Below are positions 22,431 to 22,458 of a stretch of 22,458 bases of DNA, piece after piece; position 1 is the first letter of the stretch, and each line of letters starts with the position of its first letter. Made by a program: the position numbers and the translations under genes. Source of the DNA: Ginkgo biloba. Lineage: Eukaryota; Plantae; Ginkgophyta. The notes under the pieces are model-generated. The model searched no databases, was not told the DNA's origin, and saw nothing but the letters and a program-made list of their open reading frames with translations. Location: NCBI GenBank assembly GCA_024626585.2, contig JANKJI020000002.1, positions 130,047,711-130,070,168 on the forward strand, written 5' to 3'.

Positions 22431-22458
22431 TTACAAAATATTACAAAATATTACAAAA
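22431..22458. repeat. Tandem 10-mer (TTACAAAATA), 2.8 copies, running to the window edge
   Basis: ttacaaaata ttacaaaata ttacaaaa, read directly. Confidence 0.9.

Overview
AT-rich, CpG-poor, gap-riddled eukaryotic DNA, most likely from a land plant with a large, heavily methylated genome (gymnosperm-like; this is an inference). I find no intact protein-coding gene, RNA gene or CRISPR array, and almost all long ORFs in the supplied track are artefacts of N runs. Hand translation through stop codons shows a pile of at least four decayed Ty3/gypsy LTR retrotransposons. (A) Minus strand, CRM/IFG-like chromovirus-lineage element with PBS, gag start, protease and RT (1-2350). (B) Plus strand gag-protease of the same lineage (6918-8095). 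(C) Plus strand Tat/Ogre-like element with gag, protease, RT lead-in and chromodomain-less integrase, but no recognisable RT core or RNase H (about 10380-15738). (D) Minus strand Athila-like protease-RT (18494-19903). There are also two further PBS/LTR junctions and several local repeats. The most unusual structures are small: a patchwork of two abutting perfect 22-bp hairpins in the leader of A that reads like templated repair filler, a 245-bp-period repeat carrying a hairpin with a compensatory base change plus (TAACC)3, and stop codons at the same aligned positions in two separate protease copies. I cannot support a claim of a new multi-gene system here. All lineage names come from remembered motif similarity, not from a database search.
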